Source: Octopus sinensis
Taxonomy: Eukaryota
Length of the DNA stretch: 64,000 nucleotides
Reading direction: 5' to 3'
NCBI RefSeq assembly: GCF_006345805.1
Contig: NC_042999.1
Location: 86,738,001 to 86,802,000, forward strand
The position numbers and the translations under genes were made by a program. Below the pieces are notes generated by a model that was not told the origin of the DNA, did no database searches, and saw nothing but the letters and a program-made list of their open reading frames with translations. This document shows, in pieces, positions 25,289 to 38,349 of this stretch (positions are counted from its first letter, which is position 1; the number at the start of each line of letters is the position of its first letter).

Positions 25289-26335
25289 CACCCGCACGAT
25301 TTTAACTAAGAAAAAAATAATCGGATTTTTTGCATGAAATCAGGTACCCTGACTTCCTAATATGCTGCAAATCCCTTATTTTGGTTCAGAAGAAAGGGGG
25401 TCCCCCTACCCATCCCGGAATCATTGGAATTTTCTTTTTTTTTTCGTTGAATGAATTCCTGTGACCTAATATGCTACAAAACCCTTTTGGGGGTCCGAAA
25501 AACGGGGTGGGGTGAACTGGAAGCCTCAGAAATTCCCCCTCCCCACCCTTATTGATCTTTTCACCCGCACGATTTTCACTAAGGAAAAAGAATAATAAAA
25601 TAAAAATCGCGCCCAAACTAATCTGTGTGTGGGCGGAGAAAGATGAACGATTTAAAATAAATAAAAGCGATATGAAAAAAATAAATAAGCGATTTAAAAT
25701 AAATATACCTTGTGTGAGAAAGTATATATAGGCGTAGGAGTGGCTGTGTGGTAAGTAGCTTGCTTACCAACCACATGGTTCCGGGTTCAGTCCCACTGCG
25801 TGGCACCTTGGGCAAGTGTCTTCTACTATAGCCTCGGGCCGACCAAAGCCTTGTGAGTGGATTTGGTAGACGTAAACTGAAAGAAGCCCGTCGTATATAT
25901 GTATATACATATATGTGTGTGTGTGCGTTTGTCCTCCCAACATTGCTTGACAACCGATGCTGGTGTGTTTACGTCCCCATAACTTAGCGGTTCGGCAAAA
26001 GAATAGGTCCTGGGGTCGATTTGCTCGACTAATGACTGAAACAAGTAAAAGAGTAAAGAGATATATTCTGATGATAAAATATAGAATCTATCAAAAAATC
26101 CTAAATTTATAGACTATATCTTTTGTTTAAGAAAAAAAAAAACATTTTACAGAAATAATTTTCCAGAGTGTGAATTACATGGTTCGTTATTAAATATAAC
26201 CATCCCACCTCGCGCCCCCTTTTTTCCGAACCAATTAAGGGATTTGCAGCATATTAAGAGGTCGGGGTACTTGATTCCACGCAACAAAAAAAAAAATCCC
26301 AGTTTTTTTTTTTCTTAGTGAAAATCGTGCAGCTG
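25289..26335. mobile_element. piggyBac-like MITE with nested SINE A (25731-26060)
   Basis: TTAA on both sides and ~120-bp imperfect TIRs (CACCCGCACGATTTT..CTAAG / CTTAGTGAAAATCGTGCAGCTG). Confidence 0.65.
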
Positions 26336-27127
26336 TTAACAACTGCACCATTTTTTTCAAAATTTACAGGATGTACTGTGCATGTATAACCTGCTATTGA
26401 CTCTTCTGCGAGCCTTTACGCATTCATTCTACCTGTTAGATATTGCAGTTAAATTTCCTTCGAGTTACGCCGTGATGTCTTGCAAAGGAAAGACACATTA
26501 CCTAATGTAGTACTAGATACATTCTGTCTGAATTGATAATAATAAAAAAATTTAAAAAATGAAATCTTCGTCTTCGATTACGAGTCCACTTGAGCTGAAC
26601 TGCCCGATGATTAAACATTTACAGAGTGGACAGTATGTAAGAAAACATAAGCACCGAGGCTCAGAATTTGGGCAGAGAGGAATGGTAAATTATGGGGTTC
26701 ATTACAAATGGATGAATGGTATAATTGAATTAAAACAGCTTTGACTGAGAATTGAAACCGCACCATGGTCTCAACTCAGTATTAGCTGACTTTTTACTTT
26801 ATTAACGGCATTTGCCACCATACCTTGCTAGAATGCTATGACATTTAATCCTTTCTCAAGATAAAAAGTAAAAATGAAATGAAATAGCTTCAACCGGTAA
26901 ACAAAGCAATGTATTTTCCCTTACACTTTCTCCCCCGTTTTTCTACATGTATAAGTATATCTTCGCAAGTGTTCTTTCAAATATTTTTTCCAAATTCATT
27001 TTAAACATTTGTTTGGGTTCTGTTGAATTCACTATAATGAATAGTAAACCCTGGTAGGTGACGTGAAGTTTCGCTTTGGAAAAATGTTTTTCCTAAGATG
27101 TGAGCAGTACAGACTTAAGATGTGCTT

Positions 27128-27141
27128 ATTTCCATGACAAC
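27128..27141. promoter_or_regulatory. RFX X-box-like motif at the WDR97-like start
   Basis: ATTTCCATGACAAC (rc GTTGTCATGGAAAT) matches the X-box GTTNYCATGGNAAC at 13 of 14 positions and ends 5 nt before the ATG. Confidence 0.6.
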
Positions 27142-27146
27142 ACAAC

Positions 27147-27160
27147 ATGGTGGACATTCT
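27147..27160 (+). CDS. WDR97: WDR97-like WD40 protein, coding exon 1 (MVDI + 2 nt)
   Basis: ATG in strong Kozak context (caacATGG) and perfect donor CT|GTAAGT. The phase-2 end joins the first base of exon 2 to give MVDILNHQ... with no stop. Confidence 0.7.
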
Positions 27161-28353
27161 GTAAGTTTTCGCTGCTCATGTTTTCATTGTTTGTTATTGA
27201 TTTGGCCAAGATATATATTTTGATTTGGTTTTTTTTTTTCATTATTTATTTCCTGTCTATCATCAAAACAGTTTCGTGTGACATCAAAGCCTAATTAAAA
27301 CTGCCCGTACTACCATACACTGTTGTTAGCCTCTTCACCAGCCCGTTTTACATTCATCGAAAACAATTGTTTGTCATCGTAAATGTTCTTTACAAGCAAA
27401 CATAACGATATTTATATGTTTACCAACACGCACATATATCTACACATATGCACACAACCACAGACATACATACACACTTACAAAGATAAGTATTTGATAT
27501 TGTTGATCGACTGTGAAAATTAGGACATCGAATGAATGAATGAATGAATGAATGAATAACAATATCAGTACTATATATTAAAAAAAAGGCATTGTTTAAT
27601 GTAATTTAATCAATAACGTACATTTTGAATTCGATTCCTTCCTCATTTGGGTGTATATGTTTGACTTCTGACTTGGATATTAGTTCCTAATTTCGCAGTG
27701 CAAATACAAGCTATTGATCATTTGATCTAACAGTATATTCGTTAAAAATATTATCGATGCTGTAAAATAAATAAATGAAGTTAAAAATAATAAATAAGTA
27801 AATAACGTATTTTTTAAAGTTGAATAATGGGTGAAATGAATATGGAATATTGTTTATCTCACTTAACGGTGTTCAGCATTTGCTACCTCACTGCTCTGAG
27901 TTCAAATCCTATCGATGTCGATTTTTAATTTACTCGTTCAGTCTTTATAAAGAAGAATAATTATTATCACTAATAATTTGGGATGGCCTGCTTTGGAAGT
28001 TTTCTTCTGCGCTGTGAATATAAGTTCTTGAGGTAGAATGATTACAATCGGGTTACACAAACCAGTGCAATTCAAATGCAATTCAAATGCAATTCAAATG
28101 CACAAAACATGAACTTGTGTGTGTTTGTGTGTGTGTGTGTATGTGTGTGTGTGTGTATGCATGCGTTTCCCTATTTCAGTCAGTAGTATAGACCGTTTTA
28201 ACATTCTGTCGACATTTTGGTGGTATTTTGCTACTGTATGTCATTGTTGCTTGTATGAATCTGTCGTGAATCAGTACCATCTTAAAGCAGTTGTCCGGGA
28301 GTCCTACGGGTCCAGGGGCTCAATGCTGATCTATTCATGTTACTGTGTATGTA

Positions 28354-28705
28354 GGATCTTTTCAGTTTGAACGGCAGTTTTTTCTAGCGGTGTCATGAAA
28401 TTGTCACCCATAATTATGACCCTAGTATCGATCTATTGCATTTCAATCTGTTTTAGGGTTAGGGTTAGGGTATCTTTTTTTCTTCACACGCAGACTGTTT
28501 TTTACCTCAATACACGTCATTGATTGGTTGAAATTGCAGAAATTGAAGAAAAAAAACAACAAATATCTTACAAACTATAGAATTTTCTCAATGAAGCCAA
28601 GAGAAAAGGATGTTTTATAAACACATTCTACCAGTATACGAAGTTTAAAATTTTTTAGCTACCTAGAAATTATGTTAAAAACTGCCGTTCAAACCGAAAA
28701 GATCC
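28354..28705. mobile_element. Merlin-like MITE containing (TTAGGG)3
   Basis: TIR GGATCTTTTC(A/G)GTTTGAACGGCAGTTTTT at both ends, exact 8-bp TSD TGTATGTA, 5'-GG terminus. Confidence 0.75.
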
Positions 28706-28860
28706 TGTATGTACGTGTGTGGGGGGAGGGGTAGTGCATGGCTTTGCCAGGCCTATAAGTCTGTTAAAATGACCCTTCTCTGATTAATGCATATCTACAG
28801 ATACATGTATTTTCTAGACAGTGTAGACTTTAATAATTGCTTTCTTTTAGCAAAAGTTGT

Positions 28861-29100
28861 GGAGGCGCGTGGCTTAGTGGTTAGGGTGTCAACACCATGA
28901 TCGCATGATTGTGGTTTCGATTCCTGGACCAGGCGACATGTTGTGTTCTTGAGCAAAACACTTCATTTTACGTTGCTCCAGTCCACTCAGCTGGCAAAGA
29001 TGAGTAATGCTGTTCCCATCCAGCTGGGGAACACATACACCATAAAAACTGGGAAACTGGGCCCATGAGCCTGGCTAGGCTTTAAACAGGTGCATTTATT
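28861..29100 (+). mobile_element. SINE C with target-site duplication
   Basis: Head GGAGGCGCGTGGCTTAGTGGTTAGGG. Flanked by ttttagcaaaagtt / ttttagcaaaaagtt. Confidence 0.85.
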
Positions 29101-29649
29101 TTTTTTTTAGCAAAAAGTTAAGCTTTTCTTTATTATTGTATAGGTGTAATTAATAAACCATTAATATGTTATATATGAACTTTGAAAAGATGAAAGGAAA
29201 AGTTTATTGTGGAAGAATTCAAACAAAGAATCAGAAGAAACAATTAGTTTATTTATAATGGTGGTAGTTTAATAATAAAAGAGAAATTAGAGTTATTTAA
29301 TTGACCCAGAGATTTAACCTGCTATCATTTATCCATTAAACTGAAAGTTTTGGCTGTTAACAAATCACTGTTTTGGGGATTTTTTTTACTTTTTGCGTAC
29401 ATTTATTTACCAATGAACCCTATCTATTGTAAGTCAGTTATGGGCAAACTGCAGCCCACAGAATTTTCTGAATGGCACACCTAACAAAAAATTGCCTTGA
29501 ATTTATTAATACTGCCTGCCTGATATAAGCTTTGTCTCATATAATCCACTTTTTAGAAATGGTTGCCCATTCTTGCTATGGGTGGTCATTTGATTTGCAA
29601 GAAATAACAAGAAATTTTCTATCAAATTACACCCATTTTACTTTTTCTT

Positions 29650-30500
29650 CGTGTGTATATGTGACTTGCTGAGTCTAAAGGATGGTGGTAATACCCATAT
29701 GACCTCTGAGCTTGATGTTCTTGGTGTTCTAAATAGCATTCTGTGTATCTTACTTGAAGTGACTGTACTGTAGAAAGTCACAAAACCAAAATTGCAATAT
29801 TCATCTTGAAAAAGTTTCTCATATAGATGTATCATGCTAAAAGGCACAGAAATATATCAGTGGCAGACAAAAGCATCCAACAGTGGTGATGGAATTGCTA
29901 AATCTAGATTTCTGTTACTTTGTGCATCATCAGAAGCAAGTATCCACTAGCAACTGCATGCTTAGACAAATTTCATGTTTACTGATATAGAAAACAGTGA
30001 TTAACAGACTGCTGGTGTCACAAATAGCTGACAGGCTGGGTAAAAATTCATTATTAGCATCAAAAGCAATATTGGTTCAGAATAGTATTCTATATATCTT
30101 ACTTAATGCAGATATACTGCAGAGATCCACAAAACTGTGGTATTCATTCTGTTACAGGTCAACACCTGCTAGAAAGTCATGAACAAGGAGAGATTCCAGA
30201 GAGCCAACAGTCTGAAGGAGAAAGATTAGGCATAATGGTTAGTACAAGGATCGGAGAGAAGAACACAACAAGGGTGATAAGATGTGGAGAAATGAGTAGG
30301 CTTGAGATGCTTGACTGGAGGAGGTGTTAGGCCAGCCAGCTCCAAGGAACAGAGGTTATTATAACAGCAATAAAGAAGATTGAGAGGAGGATACAGCTTG
30401 CCTGTGGGTCAGCAGCTGGAGTGCCTGTTATTGTTTCAATGACAACCAGTCAAGTGGCCCTTCTTTGGATAACATAGACTACAGCATACATAAAGACTGG
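29650..30500 (-). mobile_element. Possible highly decayed non-LTR endonuclease region
   Basis: Faint NLDL and PP...S.SH-like motifs on the minus strand. No intact frame. Confidence 0.25.
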
Positions 30501-30942
30501 GTGGTTATGGATGAAATGCTCTTGATCATAGATTAACTCAATCATGGCTGACCTGGGGTTAAGTATCTTTATGCAGTGAGATATTTCTAATTCTGTTTAT
30601 TCAAAGTAAAGAACAAAAAAATTCTCAGGATTTATAATTTAAAATATAATTTTATTGACACTAGGGAGTTTATCAAGGTAAATGTAATTACAGCACTAGA
30701 TTGACCAACTATAATTTTCTTCATTAGTTTGTATAAGTTTGCCCAACACTTATAAAATAAGTACCCATTTTTTGGTTCATTTTGTTTATTTGTATGCCTT
30801 AAAAGGAGGTGTACACCTCTTTTTATCACATTTATAATTATCTTAAGGTCATTCTTTCAAAAAACAGTCGCTAATCCTTAAATTACTCTGTTTATTTTTC
30901 TAGATTAGCATTCATTTTTGAATTCTATACTATTTTTTCCAG

Positions 30943-31195
30943 AAATCATCAATTAAATTATAGTCAAACTACTTTGAATGAAATGGCTCCTGATTCCTTG
31001 CAGGAATTGACTGGAGCAAATGAAAATAAGGCTTTAACTGCTTGGAAAAGGTTAAAAAGTTCTTTAAGAGTGGCAACGAAAACTTTTGGCTCACGTGGAC
31101 AAGAACATAGTACCTTAATACATGGTATAAATTTCAAACTGAGGATATCTCACCCTTATATCATAACCAGTGCACAGTATCTGCCAACGAGAAAT
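30943..31195 (+). CDS. WDR97: WDR97-like exon 2
   Basis: Acceptor ttttttccag, donor AAT|GTAAGT. Encodes NHQLNYS...ALTAWKRLKSSL...TLIHGINFKLRI...YLPTRN, recalling the W..L..SL / L.HG motifs of the WDR97 N-terminus (from memory, not searched). Confidence 0.85.
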
Positions 31196-31213
31196 GTAAG
31201 TGTTATATATATA

Positions 31214-31330
31214 TACTAGCAGTATAACCCAGCTTTGCCTGGGATTAAGTTAGGATTATTAAGCTAATCAAGTTCTTTATTTCAAACCAAACTAAGTAAC
31301 ATCAACGTCATTTCTGGGCGAAATCCGTTG
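31214..31330 (+). mobile_element. Helitron/HINE-like 5' fragment
   Basis: TATACTAGCAGTATAACCCAGCTTTGCCTGGG start typical of rolling-circle non-autonomous elements. Confidence 0.4.
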
Positions 31331-32204
31331 AAATTGGTTTATATATATCTATATATATATGGCGTTAGGAAGGGCATCTAGCCGTAGAAACACTGCCAGA
31401 TCAGACTGGGCCTGATGCAGCCTTCTGGCTTCACAGACCCCAGTTGAACCGTTCAACCCATGCTAGCATGGAAAGCGGACGCTAAATGATGATGATGATA
31501 TATATATATGTGTGTGTGTGTATATATATATGGGCAACACACACATACGTACGTACACCTATTGCATACATGTTTTTTGTATGCATACATGTTTGTATGT
31601 GTGCATGTGTGTGTATTGCCCGTATAGCAACAAAACACTTTTTTCCTCGATAGAAAAAAAACAACAAAAGTCTTAACAAAAACTTACTCGGTGCAAGAAG
31701 GGGACTTAACTCCTGTTTGCAAACAATGGTGATTTCTCTGACTTGAAAATTGTTAAAAGTTTTGTTTGAAAATTTATTTTTACTGCTATTCACTGGTGCC
31801 TCTGGTAAAAATAAGTTGATGAAAATACAGCTAGCATCATGACGAATGTCCTCCTAAAATTAGAGCGACTTGCGTGCTAATTTGTGGACGTGCATAAATT
31901 ACATTCACGTACAGACACACACACACACATCCTGCCTTTTATATATACATATATATATATTGAGTGTCCATTTTCCATGCTGGCACAGATTGGATAGCTT
32001 GACAGGAACTGGCAAGGCCAGGAGCTACACCAGGCCCCATTGTCTGTTTTGATATGGCTTCTACAGGTGGATGCCCTTCCTAATGCCAACCACTCCACAG
32101 AGTGGACTGGGTGCTTTTTATGTGGCACCATCACCATTGCTTTTGATATGACACCAGCACCCACACCAATGCATTTTATGTGGCAATATGTATGTATGTA
32201 CATA

Positions 32205-32304
32205 TGTATGTGTGTATATATATACACACAAACACACACACACACATACATATATATATATACATACATATAAATAATATATATATATATATATATATAC
32301 ATAC

Positions 32305-32345
<41 letters not shown>

Positions 32346-32354
32346 CATATAAAT

Positions 32355-32397
<43 letters not shown>

Positions 32398-32547
32398 CAT
32401 ACATATAAATATATATATATAATATATATATTATAATATATATATAATATATATACATATAAATATATATATATATATATATAATATATATATAATACAT
32501 ATAAATATATTATATATATATATAATAATATATATACATACATATAA

Positions 32548-32591
<44 letters not shown>

Positions 32592-32600
32592 ATATATACA

Positions 32601-32639
<39 letters not shown>

Positions 32640-32658
32640 CATATAAATATACATATAA

Positions 32659-32707
<49 letters not shown>

Positions 32708-32893
32708 ATATATAATATATACATACATATAAATATATATACATACATACATATAAATATACATATAAATATATATATATATACATAATATAAATATATA
32801 TATATATATATATATACATACATATAAATATATAATATAAATATATATATATATACATACATATAAATATATATACATACATATAAATATATA
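32205..32893. repeat. ~690-bp interrupted (TA)n/(CATA) microsatellite
   Basis: Seen directly. It generates the spurious poly-YI ORFs. Confidence 0.97.
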
Positions 32894-32894
32894 A

Positions 32895-35468
32895 GCAGAT
32901 AAGAAAAAATTTGCCAATGTTCTGCGCCGTGAGGATGAATGACTTGAGGTATTTCATGTTGCAAGACAGCGTGTGAGAGAATCGTGACGTGGTAGGAGAG
33001 AAATGTTTTCGCAAGGATGACGGTTCACTTGCGCTAAATGAGGATGCAAAGAGAGAGGTTTGGAGACGCCACTATGAAAGGTTGCTGAATGAGGAAAATG
33101 AATGGGAAAAAGAGAGTCTGCCAAATGTCGATCCAACAGAGAGACCAGCAATCCGAGTTGACAGTTCCTTAGTAGTTAAGGCAATTACAAGCATGAAAAC
33201 AGGGAAAGCCCCAGGCCCATCAGGAATTACTGCAGAGATGCTCAAAATATCTGGTAATGTTGGCTATAGCCTAGTCACCCGTATAGTTAACCAGGTGATA
33301 TACGAAGGAGTCATACCCAATAACTGGTGTAGCAGCATAATAGTCAACTGCTACAAAGGTAAAGGAGACGCTCTAGATACAAATAACTACAGGGGTATCA
33401 AGCTGCTGGATCAAGTAATGAAGGTCACGGAGAGGATAATAGCCCAACTAATTAGGGAGAGAGTTAGCTTAGATGAGATGCAGTTTAGGTTCGTGCCAGG
33501 GAAAAGTACTACTGATGCTATATTCCTGGTAAGACAGCTGCAGGAGAAATACCTAGCCAAAGATAAGCCCCTGTACCTGGCTTTTGTTGATATGGAGAAA
33601 GCCTTCGACAGGGTCCCCCGATCCCTTATCTGGTGGTCAATGAGGAAACTAGGGATAGATGAATGGTTAGTGAGAGCTGTGCGAGCCATGTACAGAGACG
33701 CTGCTAGTAAGTACAGTGAAGAATTCCGGGTAGAGGTTGGGGTCCACCAAGGTTCAGTCCTCAGTCCCCTCCTATTTATCATAGTCCTCCAGGCAATAAC
33801 AGAGGAATTCAAGACAGGATGCCTCTGGGAGCTCCTCTATGCTGATGACCTTGCTTAATTGCTGAGTCACTATCAGAACTGGAGAAGTTTCAGGTGTGGA
33901 AGCAAGGTTTAGAATCAAAGGGCCTTAGAATCAACCTGGCCAAAACCAAAGTCCTAATAAGTAGGAAGGTAGACCAATCACAACGCCTTCAGGTAGATGG
34001 CCCTGCTTGATCTGTAAAAAGGCGTAGGTAGAAACTCTATAAGGTGCACCAAGTGTAAGCTATGGACACATAAGAGGGGTAGCAATGTCAAAGGAAGGCT
34101 AACTAGGAAAATAGTTTTTATCTGTGGCAGATGCTCAGGAGCAATAAACACTGAAAATGTGCAGAGACCAACTTCTACCACGTCCAGGGAAAAAACTAGA
34201 AGTAGTTGATAGCTTCCGCTACCTAGGTGACCAAGTCAGTAGCGGGTGTGGGTGTGCTGAAAGTGAACTGCTAGAGTAAGAATAGCCTGGGCAAAGTTTA
34301 GAGAGCTCCTACCCCGCTGGTGAAAAAAGGCCTCTCGCTCAGAGTAAAAGGCAGACTGTATGATGCATGTGTACGTACAGCCATGCTACATGGTAGTGAA
34401 ACATGGGCTGTGACTGCTGAGAATATGCGTAAGCTCGCAAGAAATGAAGCCAGTATGCTCCGATGGATGTGTAATGTCAGTGTTCATAATCGACAGAGTG
34501 TAAGTACCTTGAGAGAAAAGTTGGACCTAAGAAGCATCAGTTGTGGTGTGCAAGAGAGTCGTTTGCACTGGTATGGTCATGTGACGAGAATGGCTGAAGA
34601 TAGTTGTGTGCAAAAGTGCCACACCCTAGCAGTTGAGGAAACCTGTGGAAGAGGTAGACCCAGGAAAACCTGGGACGAGGTGGTGAAGCACGACCTTCGA
34701 ACTTTAGGTCTCACCAAGGAAATGACTAGAGACCGAGACCTATGGAAGTATGCTGTGCGTGAGAAGACCCGGCAAGACTAGTGAGAACATAACCTGTGGC
34801 CTACATACCTTTCCTTCTTGGGACACAAAACTCCACTTGTGAAGACCCATTGAGGCAAGTGAAAATCAAAATCCAAATCAAAATCAAACCAAATCTGATA
34901 TCAGAAAGCAGAACCAAAATCGAAGTCGATCAACATCAATGGAAATTGCAGCTGTGGTACCAGTGCCGGTGACAAGTAAGCGAACCATCTGATCGTAGCC
35001 ATTGCCAGCGCCGCCCCGACTGGCCTCCATGCCGGTGGCACGTAGCACCATCCGTTCGTGGCTGTTGCCAGCCTCGCCTGGCCCCCGTGCCAGTGGCACG
35101 TAAAATCACCATCCGTTCGTGGCCGTTGCTAGCCTCGTTTTTGCCCCCGTGCCGGTGGCACGTAAAAAGCACCATCCGATCGTGGCTGTTACCAGCCTAG
35201 CCTGGCCCCTGTGCCGGTGGCACATAAAAAGCACCATCCATCCATGGCCATTTGCCAGCTCCGTCTGGCACCTGTGCGGGTGGCACGTAAAAAGCACACA
35301 CTACACTCACGGAGTGGTGGCGTTAGGAAGGTCAGCCAGCCGTAGAAACATTGCCAGATCAGACTTGGCCTGGTGCAGCCTTCTGGCTTCACAGACCCCA
35401 GTTGAACTGTCCAACCCATGCTAGCATGGAAAGCGGACGCTAAATGATGATGATGATGATGATGATGA

Positions 35469-35470
<2 letters not shown>
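32895..35470 (+). mobile_element. RTE-clade LINE, 5'-truncated, with complete 3' UTR
   Basis: KAPGPSGITAEML, NYRGIKLL, FVDMEKAFDRVP, HQGSVLSPLLF, YADDL, GRGRPRKTW; stop at 34781, ~60-bp tandem units and (GAT)n tail. Confidence 0.95.
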
Positions 35471-35513
<43 letters not shown>

Positions 35514-36189
35514 TATAGAAAAATACAAAATAGGGCAACAAAACATCCAGATAGATGATATAAAGAAAACGAGGATGGGTCATTCGAAGTTCTTTCCTCA
35601 GTTGAGTACCAGATTATCTTTGCAATCTGGCCAGCCCCAAGGAAAAACTAAGCTCAGAGCATTAGACTCCTTGGAAGAAAGCAGTGAATGTATACAAAAG
35701 CAAAGACGGCAAAAAACGAACAATGTTACACAAATATAATAAAAATAATAACAGGACATAACAACAGGTGTCTTTTGACTTAATTAAATTAAGCTGGTGT
35801 GTGTGGAAATGAAGCCTTATGGCAGGGATACAAGATTTCACAGGCACAGGGAGGAATATGCATGGACAATAGCCAGACCAAGAAAGAAAAATCAGGCTTG
35901 GCCGAATGCAGGTCACGTGGGAAGAGAAGAGAGAGAGATAGCGGCAGAGAGACAGAAGAACTAAGGAGGGGCAAAAAAAAATGACAGGGATGCAGTAAAG
36001 TGAAAAGTGGAGGGAAAGTGAGCAAGAAGAGAAGGCAAAGAAATTTGAGAGAGAGGGAACAAAAGAACGAAGTGTGGAATGAAATAATAAGCGTCAAAGA
36101 GCTGATAGACAGAAATAGAGTTGTACAAGATTTAGAAAAATGTATACTTACATATAAGAGACCAAAGTGTACGTACGCCGTTATATATA

Positions 36190-37612
36190 TCATCATCATC
36201 ATTATCATTGTTTAACGTCTGCTTCTCACACTAGCATGGGTTGAACGATTTAACTGGGGTCTGGCGAGCCAGATGGCTGCACCAGACTCCAATCCGATCT
36301 GGCAGAGTTTCTACAGCTGGATGCCCTTCCTAACGCCAACCACTCTGAGAGTGTAGTGGGTGCTTTTACGTGCCACCAGCACGAGGTCCAGTCAGGCGGT
36401 ACTGGCAACGGCCATGCTCAAATGGTGCTTTTTATGTGCCACCTGCACAGGAGCCAGTCCAGCGGCACTGGCAACAACCTCGCTCGAATGTCTTTTCATG
36501 TGCCACCAGCACATCCTATCTTAAATTCCTCTGTTATTGCCTGGGGGACTATGATAAATGGGAGGGAGCTGAGGACTGAACCTTGGTGGACCCCTACCTC
36601 TACCCGGAATTCTTCACTGTACTCATTGCCAACCCTCACCTTACTGACAGCATCCTTGTACATGGCTTACACAGCTCTCACTAACCATTCATCTATCCCT
36701 AGTTTCCTCATTGACCACCAGATAAGGGATCAGGGGACCCTGTCAAAGGCTTTCTCCATATCTTTGGCTAGGTATTTCTCCTGCAGCTGTCTTACCAGAA
36801 ACATAGCATTAGTGGTGCTTTTCCCTGGCATGAACCCAAACTGCATTTCATCTAAACTGACTCTTTCCCTAATTAGTTGAGCTATGACCCTCTCTGTGAC
36901 CTTCATTACCTGATCCAACAACTTGATACCTCTGTAATTATTTGGATCTAAAGCATCACCTTTATCTTTGTAGCAGTTGACTATGGTACTGCTACAACAG
37001 TCAATGGGTATGACTCCTTCATGTATCACCTGGTTAACTCTACAGGTGACTAGGCTATAGCCGACACCGCCAGATATTTTATGCATCTCTGCGGTGATTC
37101 GTGATGGGCCGGGGAGCTTTCCCTGTCTTCATACTCTTTATTGCTTTATCTACCAAGATACTGTCAATTCAGATAGCTGGCCCCTCCGTTGGGTCAACAT
37201 TCGGCAGACTCTCTCTCTCCCATTCACTCTCTTTATTCAGCAACCTTTCATAGTGGCGTCTCTAAACCTCTCTCTTTGCAGCCTCGTTTAGTGCAAGTGA
37301 ACCATCATCCATGCAGACACATTTCTCTCCTACGACATCATGATTCTCTCTCACACACTGTCTTACAAAATGAAATACCTCAAGATTTGGTCTTCATGGC
37401 ACAAAACATTGGCAAATTTTTTCTTATCTGCTTCCCCACTGGCTAAATAAACCTGTCTTCTAGCTTCCCTTTTGGCAACTTGATACAATTCTTCTGCTAC
37501 CACCATTCTTCCAGTCCTTCCAAGCCTGTTTCTTTTCTCTAATAGCCCTGTCAACAACATTGTTCCACCACTACGTTACCTTGGGCCAAGAGGGGACTTT
37601 GCACCATCCATG
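36190..37612 (-). mobile_element. Second copy of the same RTE family, internally deleted
   Basis: NYRGIKLLDQVMKVTERVIAQLIRE...KAFDRVP joined directly to the 3' tail. Confidence 0.92.
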
Positions 37613-38026
37613 AAAATTGTTCAAACTGAAGTCCTTCTTGAGCAACACATTTTTCCATTCTAGTTAATACAGAATTACAGATAGTATTTATGAAATTTTG
37701 ATTTACTGTTGGGTGACTTTTGGTCAACCCTTTACATTTTTATTTAGTTAATTGAATAATGAGTACTATGGCTATGATGTTAAACATACTGTACTATTGA
37801 CTATATTGTTATATAACTTATCTTTTATCTTTTTCAGTCATTAGACTGCAGCCATGCAGGGGCAATGCCTTGAATTTTTAATCGAATGGATCGACCCCAG
37901 TACTTATTTTTTAAGCTTTGTACTTATTCTGTTGGTCTCTTTTGCTGAACTGCTAAGTTACAGGGACGTAAACACACCCACACCAGTTGTCAAGTGGTGA
38001 TGGGGACCCAAACACAGACACACATA

Positions 38027-38062
<36 letters not shown>

Positions 38063-38349
38063 TTGTGACAGGCTTCTTTCAGTTTCTGTCTACCAAATCC
38101 ACTCATAAGGCTTTGGTCAGCCTAAGGCTATAGTAGAAGACACTTGTCTTCTGCTATAGAAGACAAGTCTATAGTATAGTATATGTAGTGGGACTGAACC
38201 TGGAACCATGTAGTTGGGAAGCGAGCTTCTTACTGTACACCTACCAGTTAGAGACTCGTCTCTTTCAACTTCATTCTTTTTTGATCAGATTACCTGTGTC
38301 TCTGAACCCATTTAATTCCTATTTTGGAGTTCTTAATCACAAGTTTATG

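Noticed and set aside
27037-27053. Alternative first exon ATGAATAGTAAACCCTG|GTAGGT
   Set aside because: Splicing to exon 2 creates TGA immediately.
28453-28470. Interstitial telomere or fusion site
   Set aside because: Only three units, and they lie inside a TSD-flanked MITE.
31877-33014. Long ORFs of poly-YI/CV/TH (also 1014-1436, 3895-4335, 19128-19544, 46176-46516, 53646-54006)
   Set aside because: They are translations of dinucleotide and tetranucleotide microsatellites.
33411-33812. Antisense ORFs over RTE and Tx1 elements (also 36356-36880, 57532-57750)
   Set aside because: They are shadow frames of RT coding sequence.
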